Assembly (NCBI RefSeq): GCF_009914755.1 | Contig: NC_060929.1 | Strand: one strand, 5' to 3' | Source: the human T2T-CHM13v2.0 reference genome, Homo sapiens | Length of the DNA stretch: 64,000 nt | Shown: positions 41,560 through 54,980 of the stretch, one piece after another | Numbering within the stretch: position 1 is the stretch's first letter | How the letters are laid out: the number at the start of each line of letters is the position of its first letter | The notes under the pieces: generated by a model | Told to the model about the DNA's origin: nothing | The model's database searches: none | What the model saw: the letters and a program-made list of their open reading frames with translations, nothing else | Program-made: the position numbers and the translations under genes

Positions 41560-42110
41560 ATGTCGGCCCCAGCCCTGAGGCTACCTGGCCTGACAAAACT
41601 CTGTACACTCTATGTGTCAGAAAGAAAAAAATTGGCAGTTGGAGTTTTAACCCAGACTGTAGGGCCCTGGCCAAGGCCAGTGGCCTATCTCTCAAAACAA
41701 CTGAATGGGGTTTCCAAAGGCTGGCCCCCATGTCCAAGGACCCTGGCAGCAACGGCCCTGTTAGCACAAGAAGCAGATAAGCTAACTCTTAGGCAAAACC
41801 TAAACATAAAGTCCCCCCAATGTTGTGGTGATTTTAATAAATACCAAAGGACACCATTAGCTAATGAATGCTAGACTAACAAGAGACCAAAGCTTGCTCT
41901 GTGAAAATCCCCGCATAACCATTGAAGTTTGCAACATCCTAACCCCGCCACATTACTCCTGATATTAGAGAGCCCAGTTAAACTTAAACTATGTAGAGGT
42001 GTTGGACTCAGTTTATTCTAGTAGGCCCAACCTCTGAGACCACCCTTAAACATCAGTAGACTGGGAGCTGTACGTGGATGGGAGCAGCTTCGCCAACCGC
42101 TGCAAAGTGA
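41560..42110 (+). pseudogene. Retroviral pol remnant (RT connection/RNase H start)
   Basis: SAPALRLP..AVGVLTQ..GPWPRPVAYLSKQL..GWPPC gammaretroviral motif; frameshifted. Confidence 0.9.
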
Positions 42111-42179
42111 CTCTGAAGAAGACCACAAGCCCTGCTCCAGTCACACACGGAAGCTGACTGGTTCACGCATGGCCGAAGC

Positions 42180-44240
42180 ATGAGGAAACTCATCGCGGGA
42201 CTCATTTTCCTTAAAATTTGGACTTGTACAGTAAGGACTTCAACTGACCTTCCTCAGACTGAGAACTGTTCCCAGTATATACATCAAGTCACTGAGGTAG
42301 GACAAAAGATTGCTACAGTCCTATTATTTTATGGTTATTATAAGTGTACCAGGACTCTAAAAGAAATTTGTTTGTATAATGCTATTCTATCCAAGGTATG
42401 TAGCCCAGGAAATAACCAACCTGATGTGTGTTATGACCCATTTTAAGCCTCCCATGATCACAGTTTTTAAAATAAAATTAAGGACTTGTCCTTTTCTAGG
42501 TGACACAAGTAAGGTAATAGCTAGAACAGAAGAAAGAGGGGTCCCCAAAAATCTAACCTTAAAATTTGACGCTTGTGCTGCTATTGATAGTAAGCAGCAT
42601 GGAATAAGATGCGGTTCTCTAAATTGGAAAAAAAGTTACACAGTAAAAAAATAAGTATATCTGTCAAAAATCATATTTTTATGAGATGTGTCAATACTGG
42701 TCTCGTGTCATTTAGGCTACTTGGAAAAAAGATTAAAAAAATCCTGTTTGGCTCCAAAAAGGAAAAATCAGCCCCCTCCTGCATGAGTGGGAGCTGCAAC
42801 CCTTTAGAACTGATAATCACAAACCCCTCAGAACCAAAGTGAAATGAAGGAAAATATGTAACATTAGGCATTGATGGAAGAGGACTAGATCCTAGTGTAA
42901 GCATCCTAATAAAAGGAGGGGTTCAAAGATGCTCTCCAGAACCAGTATTTCAGACTTCCTATGATAAACTAAATGTGCCAGTACCAGAGACTCCAGGAAA
43001 AACCAGAAATTTGTTTTTGCAATTAGCCGAGCATGTAGTCCAGTCTTTAAATGTCAATTCATGTTATGTTTGTGGAAAAACTGTAGTAAGAGTTTCCATA
43101 AGAAGAACTTCCATAAGAAGCCCGAGAATTAGTTCCTACAGACCCAGTTCCTGATGAATTCCCAGCCCAAAAGAACCACCCTGACAATTTTTAGGTCCTA
43201 AAAGTCTGAATTATTAGACAGTGTTGCATAGCTAGAGAAGGAAAAGGATTCACTCATCCTATAAGGCGGCTTAGTTGTCTTAGGCAAAAGCTGTATAATG
43301 GTACCACAAATACACTTACATGGTGGAGTTCCAATTACACAGAAAGAGATCCATTCAGTCAATTTCCAAAGTTGCAGACTGCTTGGGCCCACCCAGAATT
43401 CCACCGGGACTGGACGGCCCCCACCAGGTTATACTGGATATGTGGACACAGAGCTTATGCTAAGCTGCCTGATCAGTGGACAGGTAGCTGTGTAATTGAC
43501 ACCATTAAACCATCTTTCTTCTTACTGCCCATAAAAGCAGGGGAACTTCTGGGCTTCCCAGTCTATGCTTCCCGCAAAAAACAAAGCATAGCCATAGGTG
43601 ATTGGAAAGATGATAAATGGCCCCCTGAAAGAATCATACAATACTATGGACCCACCACTTGGGCACAAGATGGCTCTTGGGGATATCGGACCCCCATCTA
43701 CATGCTCAACGGAATCATACGGTTACAAGCTGTTTTCGAAATTATTACTAATACAACCGGTCAAGCCTTGACTGTTCTTGCCCAGCAGGAGACTCTGATG
43801 AGAAATGCTATCTATCAAAATAGACTAGCTCTTGACTACTTGCTAGCAGCTGAAAGAGAAGTTTGTGAAAAATTTAACTTTACTAATTGTTTTCTACACA
43901 CAGGTGATCAAGGGCAAGTAGTTAAAAATATAGTTAAAGATATAACAAAACTGGCACATGTACCCATACAAGTGTGGCACGGACTCAATCCAGGATCCAT
44001 GTTTAAAAATTAGTTCCCAGCAATAGGAAGATTTAAAACTCTTATAATAGGAGTTATAATAGTAATAAAAACCTGCTTACTGCTCCCTTGTTTACTACTT
44101 TTACTTCTTCAAATGATAAAAAGCTTCATTGCTACCTTAGTTCACCAAAATGCTTCAGCACAAGTGTACTATATGAATCACTATCAATCTATTGCACAAA
44201 AAGACATAAGTAGCAAAAATAAGAGTGAGAACTCCCACTA
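42180..44240 (+). pseudogene. HERV-E-like env pseudogene
   Basis: Signal peptide MRKLIAGLIFLKIW; immunosuppressive domain [12 protein letters not shown]; multiple stops and frameshifts; longest piece 43372-44013. Confidence 0.9.
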
Positions 44241-45117
44241 ATAAAAAGTGAGAGTCTCAAAGGGGGAAAATGAGGAAAGAGAGCGACCCTCTCATATTGT
44301 TCTATATTGTTTTATACTCAGTACCTGTTTTAAGGAAAAAAAAAAAAAAAAGAAAGTGAAATCAAAGACAGGCAGCCCGGCGCCAGGCCCAAAACCAGGC
44401 CTGGGCCTGCCTGGCCTAAACCCAGTAGTTAAAAATCAATTCATAACTTAGAAACCGATGTTATTCATAGATTCCAGACATTGTATAGAAGAACATTCTG
44501 AAACTCCCTGCCCTGTTCTGTTTCTCTCTGACCACCAGTGCATGCAGCTCCTGTCACGTACCCCTTGCTTGATCAAATCAATCATGACCCTTTCTTGTGA
44601 AATCTTTAGTATTGTGAGCCTTTAAAAGGGACAGAAATTGTGTACTCAGGGAGCTCAGAATTTAAGGCAGTAGCTTGCCGATCCTCCGTGCTGAATAAAG
44701 CCCTTCCTACTATAACTTGGTGTCTGAGAGCTTTTGTCTGCGGCTCATCCTGCTACATTATTGGTCTATCTGCAATCAGAAAGCAGGTGTTTCACTATGT
44801 CCTCTTTTCTTTACATGTGAGCTTAGCAGGAACCTCCTGACCCAAAAGAATTTCATCCAAGTGTTCAAGTTGATTGTTATCAACTTAAAGTAGTTTTGAA
44901 AGTGGTTTCAAAAGAAAGTGCCAAGGATTATGTGTATTGAGGCCAGTGTATGTCTAAAACCTCAGGTGGCAAAAGGAAAAGATGAGGAGCTTGTAATGTT
45001 TGAAAGGAATTTATTCTTAGAGGGCATGGTGTCTCATGCCTATAATCTCAGCTACTCAGGAGGTTGAGATGGGATCACTTGCACCCAGGAGTTCGAGGAT
45101 ACAATGAGCTATGATTG

Positions 45118-45496
45118 TGATGCAGGATTTTTTGCTTCTTAGCTCAGCTAAAATCTAGGTTCTTGTCTCACAACCAGAAAAAATTAGGCATGCAGACACA
45201 TTGGAAGGCAGGGAGAGTGGAATTTATTAAAAGAAAGCTCTCAGCAAAAAAAAAATTAAAAAATTAAAATGGGGGGTTCCTGCCAACAGGCTTCCACCTC
45301 ACAGATTGAATACCAGCCCGCCACACAAGAGCTGAAGAGACAGGGCTCCTCCCCACTCCATAAGGTGAGAATTCCCAGTGGCTCCACCCCATTCTCCCAG
45401 TGCACAAGGGGACCCCTAGTCGGTTGTGGGCATCTTTAGGCAACCCTCCTGTACACAATGACCTGGGCAGCATTTGGCTGTCTCCTGTCTCTATCA
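45118..45496 (-). mobile_element. ERV1 solo LTR (MER61/MER48-like) inserted in an Alu monomer (45020-45570)
   Basis: TG..CA ends; TSD ATTG 45114-45117 / 45497-45500; Alu sequence resumes after it. Confidence 0.8.
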
Positions 45497-45575
45497 ATTG
45501 CACCACTGAACTTCAGCCTGGGTGAAAGAGCAAGACCACACCTCTAAAAAAAGAAAATAATAATAATAATAAAAT

Positions 45576-45878
45576 GGGCTGGGAGTGGTGCCTAACACCT
45601 GTAATTGCAGCACTTTGGGAGCCCAAGGTGGGTGGATCACCTGAGGTCAGGAGTTCAAGATCAGCCTGGCCAACATGGTGAAACCCCGTCTCTACAAAAA
45701 ATACAAAAATTAGCCAGGCGTGGTGGCGGGTGCCTGTAATCCCAGCTACTCGGGAGGCTGAGGCAGGAGAATGGCTTGAAACTGGAAGCAGAGGTTGCAA
45801 TGAGCAGAGATCATGCCCTTGCACTCCAGCCTGGATGCCAAGAGAAACTCCATCTCAAAAAAAGAAAAGAAAGAAAGA
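45576..45878 (+). mobile_element. Alu (AluS)
   Basis: Full dimer with A-rich tail. Confidence 0.92.
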
Positions 45879-46362
45879 AATTGATCCATTCCTAACAGTC
45901 TCTTCTGTGCTGGGCAACCTGGCACCAGTCAGCATTTTCAAGAAAGCAGAATTTCCAAACAAACACCAACTCGGTATTATACAAAATTACATTAAATCAA
46001 ACAAATCAAAGGAACATTTGTTGGTTGCTTATGCTAGGCACAATGCTAAATGTTGGGACTACAGAGATTTAAAAATAAAAACAAAAAATGGTATTTCTTG
46101 TTCTCAGGGACCTCAAAATCTGATAGGGTAGACAGACAAGTAAGCAGAAAAAACAAAGTATAAAGCTTGATCCCCTCTAGGATGACTGTAAGCACAAGAT
46201 TCTGTTGGAAACTTGGAAATGAAGACAGGAGCATTGAACCCAGCCTGGAGATAGGATCAGTATCAGGTTGGTGCACTTTCCAGCAAGTTCAACAGGCATT
46301 ATCTTGGATTTTACATTCCACCTACAGAATACTCAGCAAACCTGACCACAGCACTGCCTAGA

Positions 46363-46470
46363 CCAGGGGTGTCCAATCTTTTGGCTTCCCTAGGCCAGAT
46401 TGAAATAATTGTCTTGAGCCACACATAAAATACGCTAACACTAACAATAGCTGATGAGCTAAAAAAAATT
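46363..46470 (+). mobile_element. MER30 (hAT) fragment
   Basis: caggggtgtccaatcttttggcttccc..aacactaacaatagctgatgagctaaaaa. Confidence 0.8.
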
Positions 46471-46923
46471 TTAAAACACTATGTATAAAGACGGTCATTC
46501 TCTATTTATTATTCCACAATGCTTTTAATTTAAGCATCATGGAAATCTTTCCCCGTCATAGACATTCTTCTGTGTCAGTGTGTATAGAGTTACCTCATTC
46601 TTTTTAAAATGCACATTATTTTATTCTATGAATGGTCTGTAATGTGTATACTCATTTTCCCTTTCTAACTGAAGCAAAGATTTTGTAAATAAGACATTCA
46701 TTTTTATTTTACAGTTTTCCATGTTTATGTAACTGAAAAATATAAATATTTAAATAAAGCAATCAAATTTAGAATATATACTTTCGCTGATCCGAGAATT
46801 AATGAAAAAATGGCAAAATATTTATTCTCTTTGAAAAATGACTCAATTGTCATTTAAGAGTTATAACTATTAAAACAAGCCATGACCTTAGTCCTGAATA
46901 CATATTTGTGTAGGATTGTCTAA

Positions 46924-47568
46924 TGTTGGGACTCAGAAAAACATACCCAAAATGAAGGCCGCAGAAGCAGCCTCAAAACAGAAATTTTTCTCTGACCTTC
47001 TCCTACCCTACTATCTCTCAATCCCATTCTCTCTCAAGGCTAGCCATAAAAACTAGAATCTGTCTTACTCAAGGTGGGTCATAGAAACTAGAACCCCTTT
47101 ACCCAAAGCCAGCCATAAAATCTAAAAATTTTACTCTAACTTTCCCTCCACTATAACTGCACAAAAACTGGCCACTAAAAAATTAGATAACTAGACTTAT
47201 CTTGTTTGATTATAGGTCATAAGACCCCCATTCCAGAGAGGGCCCTGTGCCATATCCAAAAAAAGGAATACATGCTCAGAGAGGCGAAGAAAAATCTAGA
47301 CAGACAGACCTTTCTGAGTTTCCCCACTCAGTCTATTAACATTAGATCATATTTTTTGTCCAATCATGTTTCTACTTGCTGCCCATACTTTGTTAAACCT
47401 AAACATAAAAATGGACAATTTCCCCTGTATCTTTGGGTCTTAATTTTAAAGGCTCCCATGTACACATTAATAAATATGTATGCCTTTTCTCCTATTAATA
47501 TGCATCTTATCAGTGATTTTCTGCAAATCTTCGGAAGGCAAAGGGGAAGTTTTCCCTTTTCCCCTATA
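46924..47568 (+). mobile_element. ERV1 solo LTR (MER39/MER34-like)
   Basis: tgttgggactcagaaaa start; TSD CTAA 46920-46923 / 47569-47572. Confidence 0.8.
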
Positions 47569-49435
47569 CTAATCTTTAAGGTACATATTCTAACTTTTAC
47601 AAGAAGCATAAAATCATGTGTGCACGTATATTTCTGTGTATGTGCATGTGTATGTGTGCATGCATGTGCATTGGAAACCTAGGCCCTGGAGCATGACTCC
47701 AGAGTGAGAGTAAACAGAAGACAAGCACATGAACAAAGACTGGGAAGATATGCTCAGAATTAACAGTGGTTCCCCTTCAGAATAAACATGATTTTTAGTT
47801 CTTCTTTTTATTTTTATGTATTTTCTAGAAAGTCTAGAATAATAATAGCTATCATTTATTGGATGTTTACTATATTCCAGTCATATTCTGTCTTTTATAG
47901 GTAATAAATAACACATTTAATCATCACAATAGTCTTTACCCTGTGAGAAAATAGGTACGAAGATGTTAAGTAACTTGACCTATATTCACAGCTAAAAGAT
48001 AGAGGAGCTGGGATTCAAACCCAATGGTTTCAGAGCTCCAGAGTTTAACTGCAACAATAAACATGAATTTATTTTTCATCATAAATGTGGATAAGTGTGT
48101 ATGTACATACAAATATATATATATATATATACACACAGACACACATTTATATATGCATGTATATAAAGGCTAGACACATGCATGCTGAGGCTTGGTACAT
48201 TTAAATAAATGCATAACACCTTAAGTTGAATTCCATTCTCGTGGTTGCTGGAGAATAGTCATTATAACTATTCTTCAAAAGAACTCATTTGCTAGTCTTT
48301 TTCAACTGGACAAAGAAGAAACTAGAGTGAGGAGGACAAAGGCTTTGCACAACTTTTCCTACTACTTGACTAGCAGCAGACTCAGGGCTGCTGAGTCTGC
48401 AAGCAATAGGAAAGGCTTTGCAGATTCAGATTGCTTTTTGGAGATTACAATTCTGATCGATTTCAGATGGGCATACTGTACAATTATGAAATGCAGATTT
48501 GAAATCCTTTTAGTCAAACTTTATCCAGAAAGCAATTTTGAAATCTCTCTCCTCAACAATCTTCTAGCCTCTGTTTGAACACTACCAGGTCAGAAAGCCC
48601 ACCACTCAGAGTGGGGCCATGTTCTCTTGCTGAGCCTCACATATTCTAAGTAATGGTCTCCTTACACTAATCTGACATCTCTTGGTGCAAGCTCTGTACT
48701 CAACAAAGACACTGAAAAATATATAATCCAAAGCTGATGTGGTTCATCACTTTGCACAGCTCCTTCCTTTTTAATTCTACCTATTTTTGTATGTTCCCAC
48801 TCCACTTACCCTGTGAGATAACAAAGGTAAAGCTAATATTTAAAAGTAACATGTTTCCATGGAAAACAACTGTTTCTTTTGTGCTCTCATAGTCTGGGGT
48901 CATCTTATCCTCTTAAATGTTACAGCGTTTAACTATAAGAGTTAAAAACTAGTGCTAAGTAATGGGCCAATAATATTCCTAAAGTGCTGGGATGTACTGC
49001 CATAAAACAAACAAGAACCTAGGTATGTAATATTCCAGGATTCTAATTCCCCAACTCTAACTCCAAACCATCAGACCCTGGCCTCCAGCTCATATATCTT
49101 TGACTGCTGGACACATCTGACTGCAGAACATCCTGGACCAAACCTTGGCTACTGCTTCTTAGGATGTTCCAGCTTCAACTTTTGATTTACCACACCCTGG
49201 GTTCTGGCTCTGCTCATATTTGGCATCTCCTCATGCCTTCTTGACAATATTTGCATATATATTGTCATTATTTCAATTTCAGGACCGACGCAGTTCATGT
49301 TCCTGAAGGCTTACCCAGGCAGATGGTATAAATCCAGATCTCCTTCCCACCTGACTTCCCTCCACTCCTCAGCATGGCTCCTTTATTCCAGCCTCAGGGC
49401 CTCTCTCACACATGATCAGCATCTAGGGTTCCAAT

Positions 49436-49511
49436 GTACATGCATGCACATGTACACACATACACATGTGCACACGTACACATGCACACACGTACACATG
49501 CACACACGCAC
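49436..49511. repeat. Alternating purine-pyrimidine (CA/CATG) tract
   Basis: gtacatgcatgcacatgtacacacatacacatgtgcacacg.. Confidence 0.8.
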
Positions 49512-50196
49512 TGCACCTTTGTTAACACTATCTTCCTGTCACAAATTGCCTTTCCTTCTACTCTCAGATTCAAATCCTAGCACAGAGTTAAAAGTTCAGG
49601 CTCTGGAAATCAGATTGCCTGTGTTTGTATCCGGCTTTTCTACATATTAACTAGATGACCTTGGGCAGGTTACTTAACTCTCAATGTCTAGGTTTCCTCA
49701 TGCAAAACGAGAATAATAGTAGTACTCATCTGTGGTGGCACTGCTAAATGTCTATTTGATGTCAATTTCCTTCCTTCTTCACCAATATCCAACTCCATAG
49801 CTTTTTAGGCAGCTATGTTGTCAGATGAAAGAAAAACAAAAAGCCTTCATTTCTCAACCAGTTATGCCACTGGGTGTCCATGTGATATCGTTCTAACCAA
49901 CGAGATGGAGTGGAAATCTGAAGTCTGCTAGAAAATCTTAGGAAAGTTTTCCATTTATTTGCACTTGTTGCTTTTGTTGTCTTTCTACTGGGATGCCAGT
50001 GCGATGCCTTAAGTGGACCAGTCATTTTATAACCATGGGGCTAAAAAACACACACTGAGCATGATGCAGCTGAAGGTTAGAAGAAGCTAGAAACTTGATG
50101 GTTTCTCACGCATTTGTATCAGCCCCAGACTGCCTACTCCTGAACGTTATTATGTGACGAAGGATGAGTCTTTACTTCATTATGCCACTGTGATTA

Positions 50197-50945
50197 TGAT
50201 ATGGACAAGAGGCAGGGAAATACTGGTTAAAAGAGAGCGGTTCCCTGGCAAAGGCCCCATCCTCAAGCCTGGAAACCTGCAGCCCTAAATAGGAACAGGC
50301 ATTCCTGTTTTCGTGCCAAATGTTGCCTTTTCCAGGACCACCCTGGCCCACCACACCCCCATCCTGTACCCATAAAAACTCCAAACCTCAGGCTCCATGA
50401 GCAGAAGAGCAGCAGAGCAGTGTGGCAGAGGAGAGAGGAGAAAGAGTGTCTGAACATCGAGAGGAGTTCGGCTGGGGACTGTCAGAGAGATCAGCCATGG
50501 GATGGCCAAACCCCAGGGGAAGATTATCTTCTCACTCCATCCGCTTTCCAGCTCCCCATCCATCCTGCTGAAAGCCTCCTCCATCATTCAATAAAATCTC
50601 TGTATTCACCATCCTTCAAGTCTGTAGGACCTGATTCTTCCTGGATGCTAGACAAAGACCCGGGTACCAAGAGGACAGGGTGTAAAAGGCTGCCACCCTG
50701 ACTCTCCACTGAGCTGGTTTAACACTTAGCCATCCGCGAACAGCAACTGCTAAAAGAGCATTAATTGTAACACACCCCTAGATGCTGCCATGGGGCTAGA
50801 GCCCAAAAGCGCTCACCCCGTCTCCTGCACCTGCCTGTCTGTGTGCTCCCCCTCCCTTAAGGGGTTTGAATGTGCAGTGGCCAAGCAAACAAGCCACACC
50901 CCTGTTGCAAGTCCCATAAGAGGGTCAGAGAACTCTCCCATTTCA
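50197..50945 (+). mobile_element. ERV1 solo LTR (LTR1/MER52-like) nested in a MaLR (MLT1) relic
   Basis: tgatatggacaagaggcagggaaatactgg..ggcaaaggcccc start, internal AATAAA, ends tttca. Confidence 0.78.
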
Positions 50946-51062
50946 GTCAGGTTTCTGTTACCTAACAGTGTGTATGTGACTGTGAGGGTTGAATAAGAAA
51001 ACACACATCAATGACTAGCAGAATGCCTGAATAAGTGCTTATTAAGAGTGTTAGCTAGAGAC

Positions 51063-51185
51063 TGGGCATGGTGGCTCAGGCCCATAATCCCAGCACTTTG
51101 GTAGCCCAAGATGGGCAGATTGCTTGAGCTCAGGAGTTCAAGAACAGGCTGGGTCAATATGACAAACCCCCATCTCTAAAATGTG

Positions 51186-51223
<38 letters not shown>

Positions 51224-51256
51224 TATATACACACACACACACACATATATATATAA
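51063..51256 (+). mobile_element. Alu monomer (FLAM/left arm) followed by (CA)n/(TA)n microsatellite
   Basis: tgggcatggtggctcagg..gagttcaagaac..ccccatctctaaaa then acacacac. Confidence 0.85.
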
Positions 51257-53033
51257 AGGTTGTTAGCTGGCATTGTTATTTCAAACCTCAAAGCCCCTTT
51301 TGTGAGATCTCCCTCCTTAATATGGCACTTAAAATTTGCACTATTCATTGGGCACATATCTTAAGTCCAATTCTCTCCTACTGCTATGTGGTTTTTGTAT
51401 TGCTGTTAAACTTGTATTTCCTAAGATTTCCCATAATGCTTATCTGAATTCTATGCATATAGGTGCTACTCACTAAATAAAATATGTATTCAGGAACTTT
51501 GAAACTGCTTTGGAAACATTTGAAAGGTTGTATTCTCACATTTCTTGTTTTACTTTATGGCAAGAGTCTTTAAAACTAATAAATTCTCTAGCTGAATTAA
51601 ACAGCTGATTGTTTTTAATGGAAATATCTAGGTAATGAACTTCTATTTCCTTTTCTTAGCTTTTGATTACTATAGAATTGATACATTATCAAATGGTAGA
51701 TTTTGAAAAGCTATTAATTCAACATACATTTTAATAGAAGTATTAGCTATATATACAAACTTTATTATGCATCAAATAATACAATGCTTTAATAAGCTAC
51801 TTTTACCCCAGGAACTGGACTATAAATAGACCTAAAGCTGCAAGAGAAAATAAACTGTCTGTAGTGACTTCTTCACTTGCATAACTTGTACTACATGGCC
51901 TCTGAAAAACAACAGGTCCCTCCCCCTTGTCCCACCCTGCGAAGATGCAGGAATAGGGTGGTCCAGGAAATCCTTCCCTCCCTGGATCCTTCAGAGCATT
52001 GTTTTAACATATTCCTCTACTATTTGTGTATTTTTAAAATTATACTTCCAGGCTATGAACTTCTAAGGGCCAATAGTGTGTTTTACTCAGTTTTGTATAC
52101 TCTACAGCTACCATCATAATACTTGCCACAAAAAAAGGTCCTCAGAAAACATTTATTATGTTTCACTAAACTAAGTTGAGCTGAAATTGGCCAGGAACAA
52201 GAACTGGAAATTTATTTGCATCATAGTCAAGGGAAAAAATGTTTCAAAGAGTTAGAGACCTGTTTTCTATCTCCATTTGATGGCTATGTGAAAAGCTCCT
52301 TTTTTAATAGATCTGCTCTCCCAAATGATATTTGCTTCCTCCTGTTTCCCAGAAGTCACATAAAAAGATGTATGGCAAAAATCCTCGGGAATCCCAGCAA
52401 CAGAAGACATGTTGTTTGTAGTGTCTTGGTCACTGTCCTTAGGGTGTGTTTTTCTTAACTGAACAAGTAGTTCTGGAATATCTAAGTGCTGATATCGTTC
52501 TAAACACTTGAAAATACATCGCTATCCTTATAGAGCTTATAGTTCAATGCTAGAATGAATGTCAGTAAGTGTTAAATAGCAAAGAATAGAAAAATAGAGA
52601 AGTCACCCAGTTCATAGAATTTGGCAAAAGCTTCCCTGGGGAGGTAAAAATTAGCAGCAATTATAAAGAAGTGTAAAACTTAACCAGGTGGAATTGGAGG
52701 CAGATGAAAGAGCACGTGCAAGGACATGGTAGGAGGGAGGAGGACAGATTGAAGGAAATGAGCAAAGCCTATGTAGCTGGAGCCAAAGGTAAGCAATGAA
52801 ATAGGAAACATGTACAGAGGCTACACCATGCCAGGCCATGTAGACTTTGTGGGAGTTTGTGTGTAACATGATCAGATTTGTATTTTAAAAGATTCCTTTG
52901 GTGCATAGTGAGGGATGCATTGAAAGGCAGCAAAGCAGCGATGTGTATCATGGATAGTCCAGAAAACCTCAAAAGGCCAACTTCTGCCTTTTCAACCATC
53001 AGCTTTCTTCTTACAGATACCCAGTACAGATAC

Positions 53034-53465
53034 TTTTTTTTAACTTTTAAGTTCAGGGGTACAAGAGCACGTTTGTTACACAGGTAAACTTGTGTCATGG
53101 GAGTTTGTTGTAGAGACTATTTCATCACCCATGTATTAAGCCTAGTCCATTAGTTATTTTTCCTGATCCTCTCCTTCCTTCCACCCTCCACCCTCCAATA
53201 AGCCTCAGTGTCTGTTGTTCCCCTCTATGTGTCCGTGTGTTCTCATCATTTAGCTCCCACTTATAAGTGGGAACATGAAGTATATGGTTTTCTGTTGCTG
53301 TGTTAGTTTGCTAAAAATAACAGCCTCCAGCTCCATCCATGTTCCTGCAAAGGACATGATCTCATTGTTTTTTATGGCAGTATAGTATTCCATGGTGTAT
53401 ATGCACCACATTTTCTTTATCCAGTCTATCATCGATGGGCATTTAGGCTGATTTTATGTCTTTAT
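53034..53465 (-). mobile_element. L1PA (older) 3' end
   Basis: Minus-strand MIDWIKKMWCIYTMEYYTAIK ORF2 C-terminus and 3'UTR. Confidence 0.9.
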
Positions 53466-54654
53466 AAAAGAAGCCTAGTGGGGCCATTTTTGCACTGAGT
53501 CAGAATAGTTTGGGGTCGGACTCAATTTTAAAGTGTTGCTCTAAAGTTGTTGCCAGATTCAATATTTAGGAAGACTCAAAATTCATGTCTTACCATCTTG
53601 GTGACCACAATTGTATATTATGCTTGGTTTTGTGTCCTGAGAAAAGGAAGCCAATTTTTTTCCCTTAAAGTAATGCAATTTAGAGTCTCTACAAACAGTA
53701 AGAAGTGACTGATATGAGAAAAGAGTCAAGAGTCTTATGAGGATTATGTTTGTGTATGTTTAAGTTAAGGAATTTGTGAGTTGGCATGACAGCCTGCGGG
53801 AAAACAGCTTCATGATTGTCTTTCTGTCAGAAGCAATTTTCAGCAGGCTCCCATCTTCCTCGGCTTCCACTGTCAGTGCCAAGACACAGCCCCTCAGGCC
53901 TGGGGCCAGGTAACCATAAGACTTCAGTCAAATCTTCTTTGCATTTTCTCTGAGAAAAGCCTGCAGTTTCTTTTCTTGATCTTAGTCCAAGGGTAAGGTT
54001 TTCTGGAAAGTTTGAAAAGAAATTTATGCCTAGCGGTTGGAGGCCTATAGAAAGGGAAAGCAGTATGTTCCTATACGGCTATTTTTATTTTTTTGGCTGG
54101 AGAAAGCTACAGGAAGCAGCCTTGTAATCAATTGCTTTGGCATACCTGAGCCCTTGCAGGATGCACATTGGCTATTTCGTACTCACACAAAGAATATTAC
54201 TTAGTACAATACTGACACCAGGAAAGCTGAATCTATATAAGATAGTAAAAGATGCTAAGCAACAAAACTGGCTATATTCCTTCATTTATTTATTCATTTA
54301 TTTCTAAATAAATGAGCATTGATTAAGCAGCCACACTGTGCTAGGTAATGGGAATTACAGTGTCATTGATTTCACTAGGGTGGCACCAGGATAAATATCT
54401 TGTGAGCTCAGAGATCTAGATCCCCGAAAATGAAGGCCACAGTGCAGACCTTAGTTCAAGCCATCAGGTTAGACTTGGCTTAGACTAAGTTCTCACAGTA
54501 TTTTGGAGAAATAGGTCTTCCTGGGGTCCAGACAGTGTCCCCATCCTGGTAATGCCTAGGGCATGGGTATATCTGACCTCTACTGCTGAAATGGGCCCAA
54601 TATTCTCATAGACAGTTGTTTTTGGGTAAACATAGAAATTGACCCTTCTTCTGT

Positions 54655-54980
<326 letters not shown>

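Larger units (their letters stand above)
38120..44757 (+). mobile_element. Defective ERV1 provirus, LTR2B-flanked Harlequin/HERV-E-like
   Basis: Paired LTRs 38120-38592 and 44271-44757 (TG..CA); tRNA-Glu-type PBS TGGTTCCCTGACC at 38598; PPT aaagggggaaaa 44259-44270; imperfect 4-bp TSD ATAT/TTAT. Confidence 0.92.

Noticed and set aside
43372-44013. 213-aa env ORF as a co-opted syncytin-like gene
   Set aside because: Disconnected from the signal peptide, non-ATG start, degenerate furin and CC motifs, stops before the transmembrane anchor
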